64,000 nt of DNA from positions 184,383 to 248,382 of the IMG/VR virus record IMGVR_UViG_3300031993_000008. One strand, 5' to 3'. This stretch comes from a virus (taxonomy: Duplodnaviria > Caudoviricetes). Every line of letters begins with the position of its first letter. Position 1 is the stretch's first letter. The notes under the pieces are model-generated. The model searched no databases, had not been told where the DNA came from, and saw nothing but the letters and a program-made list of their open reading frames with translations. This document shows, one piece after another, positions 30,721 through 41,058 of the stretch. A program made the position numbers and the translations under genes.

Positions 30721-31622
30721 TTACTTGGAGTCATTTTTCTATATTCTACAACTGTACCATTTGGAAGTCTGGTTACAGGTGTAAATATGTCAATACTCTT
30801 CAACCATCTTACATATTCATCAATGTTTATGTCATTGATTCTCTCATTTACCTCAACCTCTGCACAGTTGTATTCCGGATAAATGGATGGAGTAATTACA
30901 CCAGGATGATAGAATCTTGACATATCATATTCCACCTTATGGATTATATTATTCATATCTTCCTTTGTTGGTTTCTTCCCATACTCTCTCCTGAACTTTT
31001 TTCTTTCATAATCAATATTCTTGAGTCTGTCTTCCTGATATTGTTTTGGAAATTCCACATCATAATATTGATGTTCCATTTCCTTGAAATCAGAATCATT
31101 ATTAGGCATACTGTAACCAAGTATGTGTAGAAGTCCACCAATTGAAATATCAGTTGTATTCAGTTCAGTTGTCAGAACTTTTGAATAACAATTTGTAGGA
31201 TACTTCTCATATGGGTTGAATTTATGAAGAAAATCACAACTAAGTTTGGCATTCTTATGGGTTATGATGTCAAGATATATATCAAAGATACGTTTCATAC
31301 CAAGTGCCCAATACTGTTGTTCCTTGGATTCATTTGATGAAAAATCCTTGTCAAAGTATTTCCTTCCATCTTTTGTGATGGTATATCTCTTGAAGTCTTC
31401 AGTAAGGGGTGCTTCATAGTCTCCCTCACCATAACCTATACACTCACATTTGGCAATAGCGGTTGATCTTCCACCAAGAAGGGCATTATACATATTAACC
31501 ACATCCTTTTTTGAGAAGCATGCATCCATAATAATATCCTTATGGATGTTGCAGTCCATCGGACTATCATAATCACTGAATCCGGAATATGCATCAATGT
31601 GCCATACTTTAAACTTTTTCAT
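30693..31622 (-). CDS. hypothetical protein
   Basis: 309-aa ORF directly after host-type promoter. Confidence 0.65.
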   Translation of the reverse strand: MKKFKVWHIDAYSGFSDYDSPMDCNIHKDIIMDACFSKKDVVNMYNALLGGRSTAIAKCECIGYGEGDYEAPLTEDFKRYTITKDGRKYFDKDFSSNESKEQQYWALGMKRIFDIYLDIITHKNAKLSCDFLHKFNPYEKYPTNCYSKVLTTELNTTDISIGGLLHILGYSMPNNDSDFKEMEHQYYDVEFPKQYQEDRLKNIDYERKKFRREYGKKPTKEDMNNIIHKVEYDMSRFYHPGVITPSIYPEYNCAEVEVNERINDINIDEYVRWLKSIDIFTPVTRLPNGTVVEYRKMTPSKWKYYMVGK

Positions 31623-31641
31623 ATCTTGTCGATTTACACTA

Positions 31642-31673
31642 CAAATATAATGGATTTTTTTAACAAAACCAAA
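31642..31673 (-). promoter_or_regulatory. Bacteroidota primary-sigma promoter
   Basis: Minus strand TTTG-N20-TATATTTG. Confidence 0.75.
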
Positions 31674-31696
31674 AAAGGCAGGTATTTTTTGTAAAG

Positions 31697-31849
31697 TTAC
31701 CCGCCTTTTCCATATTTTTCTCTGTATTCTTTCAGTTCAATCAACCAGTCCCTCAACTGTATGTGTTCATTCATACACCCAATCTTGTTACAGGACTTCT
31801 GTTCTGAAATCACATCATCACAATGTGAAATTGCTTCATCAAGAGTCAT
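31697..31849 (-). CDS. small hypothetical protein (not in track)
   Basis: MTLDEAISHC...EHIQLRDWLIELKEYR, a common phage motif. Confidence 0.6.
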   Translation of the reverse strand: MTLDEAISHCDDVISEQKSCNKIGCMNEHIQLRDWLIELKEYREKYGKGG

Positions 31850-31855
31850 AACCAA

Positions 31856-32161
31856 TCAGTCATAAAAATGTTTTATTGCTTCTTCCCTGAGATTATCATA
31901 TATCTGATATATTGCAGCTCTTGCTTCAGGGTCATCCTCCTTATGATACTGACAATAGACAAATGTACCAATCTTCTTAAAACTCAATCTATAATCATCT
32001 GGTGCCTCATAGAATCTCTTCCATCCCTGGTAATATGGACAACCCTTACAGAAAACTCCTATTGTAGTATTGCTTTCAGGATTGACATCACAGTCTCCCC
32101 ATACCTTTTTGAGAACGAAATCTCTTTTTATTTCTCCGGATGTATAATCATAACTTAACAT
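31856..32161 (-). CDS. hypothetical Cys-rich protein
   Basis: CxxCPYY motif. Confidence 0.55.
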   Translation of the reverse strand: MLSYDYTSGEIKRDFVLKKVWGDCDVNPESNTTIGVFCKGCPYYQGWKRFYEAPDDYRLSFKKIGTFVYCQYHKEDDPEARAAIYQIYDNLREEAIKHFYD

Positions 32162-32300
32162 AGATCAATATTTATAAAGATTAACATCATCTATTTCTAA
32201 ATCATACCTATGAACTGCATCCATCAATAAATCATATGGATAACTGCAATCATAATTATCAGGAACATTTATCCTTACTTTGAGTTCAACACACTTCATA

Positions 32301-32939
32301 TCACATGCACTCTACATATTCCTCATATATTCCGTCAGTGTGGTTCATCAGTCCCATATATCCGTCTGATGAACATACCCACTTACCATACTTACAACTT
32401 TCACAGAGACAATCCAGACCGAAAGTGAACATATTCCAGTCATTGGGGATGTTCTTTCCATGACTCTCAATGAATGTGGAGACAATCTCAAAGAGGGCAT
32501 CTCTGCACTTCTCAAACTTTTTGAGTTTCTTTTCGTCTTCCTCCTTGACTATTTCAGGATATTTTCCTTCAGGTTGGGTTATGGACATCTCAAAGAAGGG
32601 GAAATAGACATTCTCACCATTCTCCACACCTCTCCTGAGTCTGAAATCAAAAGACCACAGGTCTTTCCAATCGACATTTTCAACACACCAGTCAACCAGA
32701 GCCTGGCCAAGCATTGAGAACAATATACCCCATTCACTGTTCAGGACATTTGTTCCGTTCTTGAACAATGAGGAATCATTCTTCTCATCAATTGTGAGAA
32801 ACTTGACAGTCTCAATATAGTCACCCTTTGGTTCAAGATCATCTTGACTTCCTCTTTTCCACCATTCACTCTTCTGTCTTGATTTCCATTCAAGGTGTTC
32901 CCTCATTCCGAAATCATAGTATTCCTTGTATGTTTTCAT
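32301..32939 (-). CDS. hypothetical protein
   Basis: 212-aa ORF in operon. Confidence 0.6.
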   Translation of the reverse strand: MKTYKEYYDFGMREHLEWKSRQKSEWWKRGSQDDLEPKGDYIETVKFLTIDEKNDSSLFKNGTNVLNSEWGILFSMLGQALVDWCVENVDWKDLWSFDFRLRRGVENGENVYFPFFEMSITQPEGKYPEIVKEEDEKKLKKFEKCRDALFEIVSTFIESHGKNIPNDWNMFTFGLDCLCESCKYGKWVCSSDGYMGLMNHTDGIYEEYVECM

Positions 32940-33241
32940 TATCTTCTATAATTTATTGAATCATAATTCTGGATTTTGAACATAAACTGCCTAATCTCAT
33001 CGTCTGTCGCAAGTCGCACATCACCACCCCAACAGAAATTGCCTCTACCAGTACTGTGTACCAGTTTTCCATCTTCCCAACCAATCAGCATTCCATAACC
33101 ATCACCATCTATGTGACCATCATAGATAAACACCCTCTGATCTTCCGGGTTATACTTTGCAGATTCTTCACTTGAGGGGATTCCATAAAGAAATGAACCC
33201 ATTTTAATATTCTCCATATTCTTGTTTATTATCATAATCAA
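32939..33241 (-). CDS. hypothetical protein
   Basis: RLAT.DE motif; operon context. Confidence 0.55.
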   Translation of the reverse strand: MIMIINKNMENIKMGSFLYGIPSSEESAKYNPEDQRVFIYDGHIDGDGYGMLIGWEDGKLVHSTGRGNFCWGGDVRLATDDEIRQFMFKIQNYDSINYRR

Positions 33242-33462
33242 TTTATTTAATATATTTCACAACATTAATGTTGACAAATTACATAAAATATTTTCCACAA
33301 TTTGGACATCTATACAGTTCCTTCCATTCTGACTGGATACTGAATTGTCCATTTTCAATATGGTGGGCATCTTTTTCACCAAGAAGATTGGTCTCATCAT
33401 CTATATATTCTGCAATGTCCTCACCACAATAGGGACATTTCTCATAATCACACTCTTTCATA

Positions 33463-33801
33463 TTAATCCTTGAAATAGTTTATCAATGGTGAGTTGTATT
33501 TTCCCTGTGCAATCTCCCTCAAATTTTCAATAGGGGTTTCAACCCTTAATCTTGTATAGAAATCCTTCATATCCCTTTCACTGTTGAAACATAGGAAAGC
33601 ATCTATGACTTCATCCCAACAATGGACAATCCCTTCTTTCTCCAGGAGTTTATCCATATTTCCAATCTTCTCATCATTCCAGTTCAATGTCCACAGATTA
33701 CAGGAGAAATTCCCGGCAGCAAGTTTCTGCTTGATTATCTTAACACTGATTTCAGGAGACAGATTAACACTAACTTCTTTATTATCAGGATTTTCCATCA
33801 T
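33463..33801 (-). CDS. hypothetical protein
   Basis: ORF in operon. Confidence 0.55.
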   Translation of the reverse strand: MMENPDNKEVSVNLSPEISVKIIKQKLAAGNFSCNLWTLNWNDEKIGNMDKLLEKEGIVHCWDEVIDAFLCFNSERDMKDFYTRLRVETPIENLREIAQGKYNSPLINYFKD

Positions 33802-34607
33802 CTAAAATCTCTTTCCCTTTCCATTCTCTTGATACATTCCATAGGTGTCTCATTTTCCAGGAGGTCATAACTGCAACCTATACAACCACCCTTCCAACTT
33901 CCTTTTCTTGAACCTACTTCATTGTTGAATACAATTTCTATATATTTTTTGACATGCTTCCACCTTCCTGTCCAGGTCAGCCATTTAGGTCTCCATTCCC
34001 TCTCCTCTATCCAGAATGTACAAGGGATTACCTCACCATCATATTTGTCGGTGTAGTCATAGAAATACCTGTCAACCATTTCATTCTTTTCCAGGGGGAG
34101 ATATTTTCCATCCTTTTCCTTTCCAATACTATCATAAGGTATGAGTTTCTTCTCACCATCAATGTTACACGTCACTTCGTGTCTCATATGTATCATTGTC
34201 CAGAAGGGAATATCCCAAGTCCACCACTTGGTTCCACCTCCCATATTTCCGTTTCCACCTCTATATATCCAGAATGTATTGTTATGTATGGCAATACCCC
34301 ACTTTGGTGCATCACAATCACCATAGGGAAATTTTTTGCTCTTCCAGGGAAGTCTGAAAGTACTATGCCAACCCAGGATACTTATATTGAGTTCACCATT
34401 GGCAGTTTCATAACCACATGCCTCATAGGAAATGTCAAATTTCCAAGAGTGCCAACCGGCATACCAATCATCAGCATCCCAATGATCTCCTTTGATTGGT
34501 TTCAGCAGATAGAAACAATTACCATTTTTCTTGGCGATTGGTCTATTAAACATAAACCAATATTTCACACCATTACCATAATCTAATTTTCTGAATATCT
34601 TTCCCAT
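33798..34607 (-). CDS. Trp-rich hypothetical phage protein
   Basis: 269 aa; EEREWRP, EVG...GSWKGG; after promoter motif 34633. Confidence 0.65.
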   Translation of the reverse strand: MGKIFRKLDYGNGVKYWFMFNRPIAKKNGNCFYLLKPIKGDHWDADDWYAGWHSWKFDISYEACGYETANGELNISILGWHSTFRLPWKSKKFPYGDCDAPKWGIAIHNNTFWIYRGGNGNMGGGTKWWTWDIPFWTMIHMRHEVTCNIDGEKKLIPYDSIGKEKDGKYLPLEKNEMVDRYFYDYTDKYDGEVIPCTFWIEEREWRPKWLTWTGRWKHVKKYIEIVFNNEVGSRKGSWKGGCIGCSYDLLENETPMECIKRMERERDFR

Positions 34608-34700
34608 ATTTCAATTTATCAATTACCACATTAAATATAACAAACCCCCTCAAAAAATCATAAATATCTTATAATTATTTTTCAAAAAATATCATAAATT

Positions 34701-37700
34701 ATGCCTGAAATTCCTTCAATTTCCTATATCAGGATAGGTGAGGTTGATCACCCAATAGATGCAGTAACACTTAATGGACAAACACTTCCGGATGATTCAA
34801 AATATCTTCCAACAGTATCAAATACTGAAGATGGACAGATGTTGGGAGTTGATACCGGAGAATGGTCTTTGTTTGATCCGGCAGATATGTATGAGGATAT
34901 AAACGGTCTTCCTGTAGGTGGTGACATATCAGGTGACAGTGACAGTGATACTGGTGACAGTGACAGTGACAGTGATGAACCAGTTCATGACTACTCACTT
35001 GACTATCTCACCTTTGAAATACTCGGAAATGGTACAATAGGTTGGAAGAATAATGGTACAGGTTCTGCTAAGACAATCCAATATTCAATCAATGACGGTA
35101 CCTGGACTTCAATTACCGCCGGTTCAGATACAATCAATGTGTCACAGGGTGACATAATCAGGTTCAAGGGTACAAACAATGCATATGCAATAGACAATAG
35201 TAATTTCTCTGGATTCGGAAATATTGGTACTGCCACTTTCAATGTGTCAGGTAATATTATGAGTCTTATCTATGGTGACAACTTTGCAAACCAGACCACA
35301 CTTCCTACCTCCCATACATTCCAGAGTCTGTTTGACCATTCAAATATAGTCAATGCAGAGAACCTCATACTTCCTGCAACAACATTGACAGGTCACTGTT
35401 ACAGGGCAATGTTCGCAAACTGTTCATTATTGAGAACAGCACCTCAACTTCCTGCCACCACAATGGCTGACAGTTGTTATAGGTTTATGTTCCAGGGTTG
35501 TGTACTTATGACAACAGCTCCTAACCTTCCTGCAACAACATTGATAACCAACTGTTATTATGGTATGTTCTCCGGTACATCATCACTTAATTATATCAGG
35601 TGTCTTGCAACCAATCCAAGTTCCACATATACGTCATCATGGACATCAGGTGTTGCAACATCAGGTACATTTGTGAAAGACATCAATGCACAATGGGACA
35701 CCAACACTGCTGATGGTATTCCAAGAGGTTGGACTACCATTGATGAGGGAACACAGATAGTGGCAGCCCCAACCATACATTGTGTAAACAATATAATCAC
35801 CTTTGGTTGTGATACACCCAATGCAACCATTTATTACAGATTGGGTGGTTCAGGACAATATCTCATCTATGACAACCCTATTGAGATTCTTGAGGATACT
35901 CTTGTAGAGGTTTATGCATCAAAGAATGGTTCTGACAGTACAGTGACATCACAGACTTGTATATATGTTGAACCTGAAATTCCTGGAGATAGTGATTCAG
36001 AATCAGAAGAGGGAGAGCACAATTATACATATGATTACCTTACACTTGATATTATCACAGGAGGTAATCTTCTTTGGAAAGCAAATGGAACAAATGCCAC
36101 CAAGACTATTCAGTATTCTATAAATGATGGAGAATGGACTTCCATCACATCAACAACATCAGGTGTGACCATTCCTGTTTCAGCGGGTGATAGTGTCAGA
36201 TTTAAAGGAACAAACACCAGGTATTGTGAACAGAACAAGGCAAACTATTCTGGATTTGAAGCTGGTTCAGCCACATTCAATATATCAGGTAACATATTGA
36301 GTCTTATCTATGGTGACAACTTCATTGGTCAGGACATTGTTAATACATGGGCATTCACTCAGTTTTTCAAAAACTCAAAACCGGTATCAGCAGAGAATAT
36401 GATACTCCTTGCACCATCTGTTCCTAATTCTGGTTACCGTGCGATGTTCAGTAAGTGTTCAACCCTGTTGGTTGCTCCAAAGGAACTTCCGGCAACCACA
36501 TTGGGACAAAATGCATATTATTATATGTTTGAGGATTGTGCCTTCACTAATGCACCAGTCCTTCCTGCTGCTTCCAGGTCATCTGCCTGTTATCAGTATA
36601 TGTTCACCAACTGTAACAACCTTAATTATATCAAGTGTCTTGACACCAATCCCCAGTCGGGTTATTACACAGGTTGGACAACCAATGTTGCCGCTGTGGG
36701 TACATTTGTCAAGGCAGACAATGTTTCTTGGACAACAGGTGTAAATGGTATTCCTACAACATGGGTACAGGTCAACCAGAGTGATGAAGGAAGTGGTCAG
36801 GGTGGTCAGGATGAACCTGAAGAATATGATGGTTCAGATGCACCTGTTCTCCTGGGTTGGAAATATGCCGGTAATGACATCACTCTTCCTTATTCAGTCA
36901 ATGCCATCAACGGACATACAAACTCTTATTCAAAGGGAACATATGTATTTACTTCAAAGATTGCATTGGATGAACTCAATCCTACATACCTTTGGTTTAA
37001 CCAGGCATCACAGTCTGCTGAGATTTATATTGACAACTCAAAGGTGACCACACACTGGGGAGGTTACAACTCTTTCTGTGTCGACATTACCAACTATGTA
37101 CATACAGGTATCAACAATCTGATGGTTGCACTGAACAACACAACAAGGAACACCCTTGCTCCATGTTCAGGTGACTTCAACTTCAATGCAACCCTGGGTG
37201 AGGTGAGACTTCTTTCATCTCCTGTTGTTCCAGATCCATCATTTGGTTATGACGGATTCCATATATCAGCAAATGTGACAGATGCATCAGCAGCCCTGAC
37301 AATAAGTACATCTGTTCCAAACACTGCCACTGTTGTACTTACAATAGATGACGGTACATATCATTATACAGATACAGCGACAGGTACAGGTGCAATCACA
37401 TTCACACATACCATAACAAATCCACATCTTTGGCATGGAAGGACAGACCCACATCTTTATAACATAACACTGGAGTTCTATCATGATAATACACTTTATC
37501 ATACCTTCACAAGACCTTATGGATTAAGATACTTCTCTTATGTGTATAATGATGCAAATGTAATTCCAAACCAGACTTACACAGGATTTCTGCTCAATGG
37601 ACAACCTTATTACTTGAGGGGAGTCTGCATGCACCAGGATATTGAAGGAAAGGCAAATGCATTAAGTTACCAGGATATTCAGAATGACTTCAACATCATC

Positions 37701-38786
37701 AATGAACTGAACTGTAACTTCATCCGTACTGCCCACTATCCTCATCCAAAGGAGTTCTATGATTTGTGTGACCAGTATGGTGTGATTGTTCAGACAGAGG
37801 TACCTTGGGTAAACAAGGCACAGTCATCAATGCCTGCCGATTATTATACTCACCTTGAAGGTCAGTTCAGGGATATGGTGAATGAACATTACAACCATCC
37901 ATCTATTCTCTTCTGGGGTCTTGCCAATGAGATTTCAACAGACGATGCATCGTTCGCACAGACAAAGATAAACGGTTTTGTTACTATCATCAAGAATATA
38001 GATCCTTCAAGATGGGTTGGTTATGTGGTGTCACACTCATACCCCAATGGTCTGGGAACATTCAATTACCCCAATGTGGACTGGATTGGTCAGAACCTTT
38101 ATGTGGGTTGGTATCTTGACAAGACTTCAAACAATCCTTCATCAAGGCTCAACACCTGTCTTAATAATGCCAACAACCGTTCAACTCCTATGGCATATTC
38201 TGAATACGGTTGCGGTGGTAACATATTGTGTCACTCTGATGACCCATTGACAACAACTACAACAGGTAATAACCCCCGTCATGACATTGAGTTCCAGATG
38301 TGGCTTCATGAAGGACATATCCAGTGTATCAAGAATTATCCCCAGCTTCTTTTCTCAGCCCAGTGGGTACTCTTTGATTTCGCGGTATCAACAAGAAATG
38401 AAGGTTACATCACCTGTCTTGATGGTGTGAATGAGGGACCCAATGATGACACCAACAGGTATCTGAATGACAAGGGTCTGGTCAAGAGAGATCACATCAC
38501 AAAGAAGGACACCTTCTATCTCTACAAGGCATGGTGGAATCAGACAGACATATTCATACACATATGTCAGAAGAACTATCAGAAACTTTCAGACAGGGTG
38601 TTCAAGTGTTATACCAATGATGTCGGTCCTTACAAAATCTATGTCAACGGAACCCTGATGGAGACAATACAGACAGATACAACAAACTATATTGTTGAGT
38701 TCACCCAGGACACCTATCAGACAGGAGATGTCATCAGGGTGGAAAGTGCCAATGCATATGACACCTTCCAGCTTGTCTTCTCATAA
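34701..38786 (+). CDS. multidomain protein: two BspA/LRR-like repeat modules + GH2 beta-glycosidase
   Basis: LPATTL...CY..MF..C repeats; GH2 motifs LNGQPYYLRGVCMHQD, NFIRTAHYP, HPSILFWGLANE (acid/base), SEYG (nucleophile), NDKGLV. Confidence 0.85.
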   Translation: MPEIPSISYIRIGEVDHPIDAVTLNGQTLPDDSKYLPTVSNTEDGQMLGVDTGEWSLFDPADMYEDINGLPVGGDISGDSDSDTGDSDSDSDEPVHDYSLDYLTFEILGNGTIGWKNNGTGSAKTIQYSINDGTWTSITAGSDTINVSQGDIIRFKGTNNAYAIDNSNFSGFGNIGTATFNVSGNIMSLIYGDNFANQTTLPTSHTFQSLFDHSNIVNAENLILPATTLTGHCYRAMFANCSLLRTAPQLPATTMADSCYRFMFQGCVLMTTAPNLPATTLITNCYYGMFSGTSSLNYIRCLATNPSSTYTSSWTSGVATSGTFVKDINAQWDTNTADGIPRGWTTIDEGTQIVAAPTIHCVNNIITFGCDTPNATIYYRLGGSGQYLIYDNPIEILEDTLVEVYASKNGSDSTVTSQTCIYVEPEIPGDSDSESEEGEHNYTYDYLTLDIITGGNLLWKANGTNATKTIQYSINDGEWTSITSTTSGVTIPVSAGDSVRFKGTNTRYCEQNKANYSGFEAGSATFNISGNILSLIYGDNFIGQDIVNTWAFTQFFKNSKPVSAENMILLAPSVPNSGYRAMFSKCSTLLVAPKELPATTLGQNAYYYMFEDCAFTNAPVLPAASRSSACYQYMFTNCNNLNYIKCLDTNPQSGYYTGWTTNVAAVGTFVKADNVSWTTGVNGIPTTWVQVNQSDEGSGQGGQDEPEEYDGSDAPVLLGWKYAGNDITLPYSVNAINGHTNSYSKGTYVFTSKIALDELNPTYLWFNQASQSAEIYIDNSKVTTHWGGYNSFCVDITNYVHTGINNLMVALNNTTRNTLAPCSGDFNFNATLGEVRLLSSPVVPDPSFGYDGFHISANVTDASAALTISTSVPNTATVVLTIDDGTYHYTDTATGTGAITFTHTITNPHLWHGRTDPHLYNITLEFYHDNTLYHTFTRPYGLRYFSYVYNDANVIPNQTYTGFLLNGQPYYLRGVCMHQDIEGKANALSYQDIQNDFNIINELNCNFIRTAHYPHPKEFYDLCDQYGVIVQTEVPWVNKAQSSMPADYYTHLEGQFRDMVNEHYNHPSILFWGLANEISTDDASFAQTKINGFVTIIKNIDPSRWVGYVVSHSYPNGLGTFNYPNVDWIGQNLYVGWYLDKTSNNPSSRLNTCLNNANNRSTPMAYSEYGCGGNILCHSDDPLTTTTTGNNPRHDIEFQMWLHEGHIQCIKNYPQLLFSAQWVLFDFAVSTRNEGYITCLDGVNEGPNDDTNRYLNDKGLVKRDHITKKDTFYLYKAWWNQTDIFIHICQKNYQKLSDRVFKCYTNDVGPYKIYVNGTLMETIQTDTTNYIVEFTQDTYQTGDVIRVESANAYDTFQLVFS
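34932..34976 (+). repeat. GACAGT hexamer tract encoding an Asp-Ser linker
   Basis: GGTGACAGTGACAGTGATACTGGTGACAGTGACAGTGACAGTGAT. Confidence 0.8.
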
Positions 38787-38810
38787 AACCCCAAAGACAC
38801 ATAAACAACG

Positions 38811-38846
38811 AATCCCAACCCTAATAAGAGTTGGGATTTTTATTTT
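38811..38846. terminator. terminator between convergent genes
   Basis: AATCCCAAC...GTTGGGATT followed by T tract. Confidence 0.75.
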
Positions 38847-39193
38847 CAGTAAAGTGATCCTAAACTGGTAAACAGTTCCGGAAAATAAATGCCTGCCTTT
38901 TGTACACTGTTCATCCTCTTTGCATGGATTGAACTGTCTTCCTCTATATAGACCAGAATGTCTTCACCTGGATCTGCCGGATCCGCAGGATTCGTGTCAA
39001 ACCACCAGCATTTGTACATCTTATCCAAATCAGGAGTCCATTTCTTGTCTTTCAATTCTTGGGGAATCCCCTCATTCCAGGGTTTATGATCATAGAATTT
39101 ATTCTTTACTTCCTGACCGGTTAAATAACTGATTTTGTAATCGTTATCCTTACTAAACCCCCGGGGGGTTTTCATTATCTTTTCCTTCTTCAT
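38846..39193 (-). CDS. YKCWW-family paralog 1
   Basis: KMYKCWWFDTNPADPADPGEDILVYIEE. Confidence 0.7.
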   Translation of the reverse strand: MKKEKIMKTPRGFSKDNDYKISYLTGQEVKNKFYDHKPWNEGIPQELKDKKWTPDLDKMYKCWWFDTNPADPADPGEDILVYIEEDSSIHAKRMNSVQKAGIYFPELFTSLGSLY

Positions 39194-39659
39194 CTTCTTC
39201 TGTTTCTATCTTCCTGATGAATTTTATCTCCTTTGCACAAATGGTATCATTATATTCCAGACCTTCATAATATTCTACTCCCACCGGAATCTCACATTCA
39301 AATATGGTAAGATTTCTGAATTCTTTATATGCCTCAACATATTCTTCATATGCTCCAAAATATTCTTTATATTCTTTTTTTGCTTTCTTTACTTTCTGAA
39401 TATTGGTAAAACAATGAATATATCCTCCTTTTATCTGATATAAATCTCCTTCTCCATAGGGATTATGTGTCTTCTCTATTGTATGGAGTCTTCCGAAAGC
39501 ATCCTTATCGGGAGCCTTGAAATTTCTCTTACCTTCTATAATATCATCAACTACAGTCCACCCCATAAAAGGAGTTTCATAACCATACTTTCCTTTCAGA
39601 ATCTTGTAACAGGTTATAGGTTTTTTTGATATACTCGGTTTATCTGATTTAGTATACAT
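39153..39659 (-). CDS. conserved phage hypothetical protein
   Basis: CYK..., YETPF, GYIH.F, ECEIP.G..YYEG. Confidence 0.6.
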   Translation of the reverse strand: MYTKSDKPSISKKPITCYKILKGKYGYETPFMGWTVVDDIIEGKRNFKAPDKDAFGRLHTIEKTHNPYGEGDLYQIKGGYIHCFTNIQKVKKAKKEYKEYFGAYEEYVEAYKEFRNLTIFECEIPVGVEYYEGLEYNDTICAKEIKFIRKIETEEDEEGKDNENPPGV

Positions 39660-39688
39660 ATTATATTTTCCTCTTTATTGAAATCATT

Positions 39689-39958
39689 TCATTCATCTTC
39701 CTCTATATATATCAGATAATCCTCACCTGTATCACAAGGATCACTCGGATTGGTTGAAAACCACCAGCACTTGTACATCTTATCCTTTTCCGGTTTCCAG
39801 GAAGATTTTTCCAGTTCCCTGGGAATATTGTTCCACAGTCTCAAACTTCCACCAGATTCTTTATTATAGAATCTGTATAATACCATATCCCCTTTCCAAT
39901 AACTGATATGACATTCTTCCAACCCTTTGGGTTTCTTCATTATCTTCTCATTCTTCAT
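39689..39958 (-). CDS. YKCWW-family paralog 2
   Basis: KMYKCWWFSTNPSDPCDTGEDYLIYIEE. Confidence 0.7.
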   Translation of the reverse strand: MKNEKIMKKPKGLEECHISYWKGDMVLYRFYNKESGGSLRLWNNIPRELEKSSWKPEKDKMYKCWWFSTNPSDPCDTGEDYLIYIEEDE

Positions 39959-40224
39959 CCTCTTGTCTTTTCCAGATGTTTTATATATTCCTCAATGATG
40001 TGGTTGGACATCTCATCCGGGTGCAAAAACCCCTCCTTGAGAAGTTCCCCCTTGAGGACTGAACTCTTCCAAAGTCCCCATTCATTCCTGATCCATCTCC
40101 CCAGACTGAAATGCACGCTTTCAGGTCCGTTCTGTACAAGGAACTCCTTGTCAAGATCATCCAATTCCTCATCCAGGATTTCAATTGCCTGTTCCACAGT
40201 CTCTGGTATTTTCACTTTTCCCAT
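39955..40224 (-). CDS. DUF6794-like protein
   Basis: HFSLGRWIRNEWGLW...HPDEMS. Confidence 0.6.
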   Translation of the reverse strand: MGKVKIPETVEQAIEILDEELDDLDKEFLVQNGPESVHFSLGRWIRNEWGLWKSSVLKGELLKEGFLHPDEMSNHIIEEYIKHLEKTRG

Positions 40225-40549
40225 CTTTCTTAATTCTTGCTTTTCTTATATCACACCATCCTTCCGGAAGGGTCTCCCTTATCAACTGAATAACATCTTT
40301 CTCATTATATTCTGAATCCTTGACTTCAATGTCCGCCTTGAACACACACAAATCAGGAATCACATTATGCTGGGTGCCCGCCTTTATATAGATGTAATCA
40401 AACCGTATCTCATCACATATCTTCCTTGCACCTTTCAGAGCATAGGGGATATAATAATTTATAATCTCTATTGCCCTGTAAATGGCATTAACCCCCTCAT
40501 CATATGCAGCATGTCCTGCAACCCCGTGTACTGCAAATCTGTATATCAT
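40181..40549 (-). CDS. stand-alone M20 peptidase dimerisation domain
   Basis: G.AGHAA..EGVNAIY.A and AGTQHNVIPD.C.F motifs; no catalytic domain. Confidence 0.7.
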   Translation of the reverse strand: MIYRFAVHGVAGHAAYDEGVNAIYRAIEIINYYIPYALKGARKICDEIRFDYIYIKAGTQHNVIPDLCVFKADIEVKDSEYNEKDVIQLIRETLPEGWCDIRKARIKKDGKSENTRDCGTGN

Positions 40550-40935
40550 ATGGAATATCTCTTTTTGATATAATCATCCAAACCCTTGAGTTGGTCAACA
40601 GACATATTGGCAATCCTTTTGCTTATACCGGAAACCAGGGAGGTCTTCATAGTCTTCATTCTTTTCTCATTCATCTCCTCAATATAGACCAGAATGTCTT
40701 CACCCGGGTCTGCAGGATCTGAGGGGTTTGTCCAGTACCACCAACACTTATACTGTTTATTTTCATCAGGGGTCCATTTGTTCTCTTTGAGTTCATCAGG
40801 TATATAATCCTTTGTAATACTCCCGAAGAAATATTTACCATAAAACCTGTTCTTCACCCATGCCCCAGACCAATAATTCACCCTGATGTGTTTCATCTCA
40901 TCAAGATGATCAGGTTTTCTCATTATCTCACTCAT
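40546..40935 (-). CDS. YKCWW-family paralog 3
   Basis: KQYKCWWYWTNPSDPADPGEDILVYIEE; probable start MSEIM. Confidence 0.7.
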   Translation of the reverse strand: MSEIMRKPDHLDEMKHIRVNYWSGAWVKNRFYGKYFFGSITKDYIPDELKENKWTPDENKQYKCWWYWTNPSDPADPGEDILVYIEEMNEKRMKTMKTSLVSGISKRIANMSVDQLKGLDDYIKKRYSI

Positions 40936-41058
40936 TTTTTCTGTATAAATTAGGTTCAACTTCCCAATAACCGCAGTCCTCACATACAAGGCATGTGTTG
41001 AACTGATCCCATGAGATTTCCTCTTTTTTCATTGTGCCTCCGCACTTCGGACAAACTA

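Noticed and set aside
38846-40935. Diversity-generating retroelement TR/VR pair
   Set aside because: Paralogs differ at all base types rather than only at adenines, and no reverse transcriptase is present in the window.
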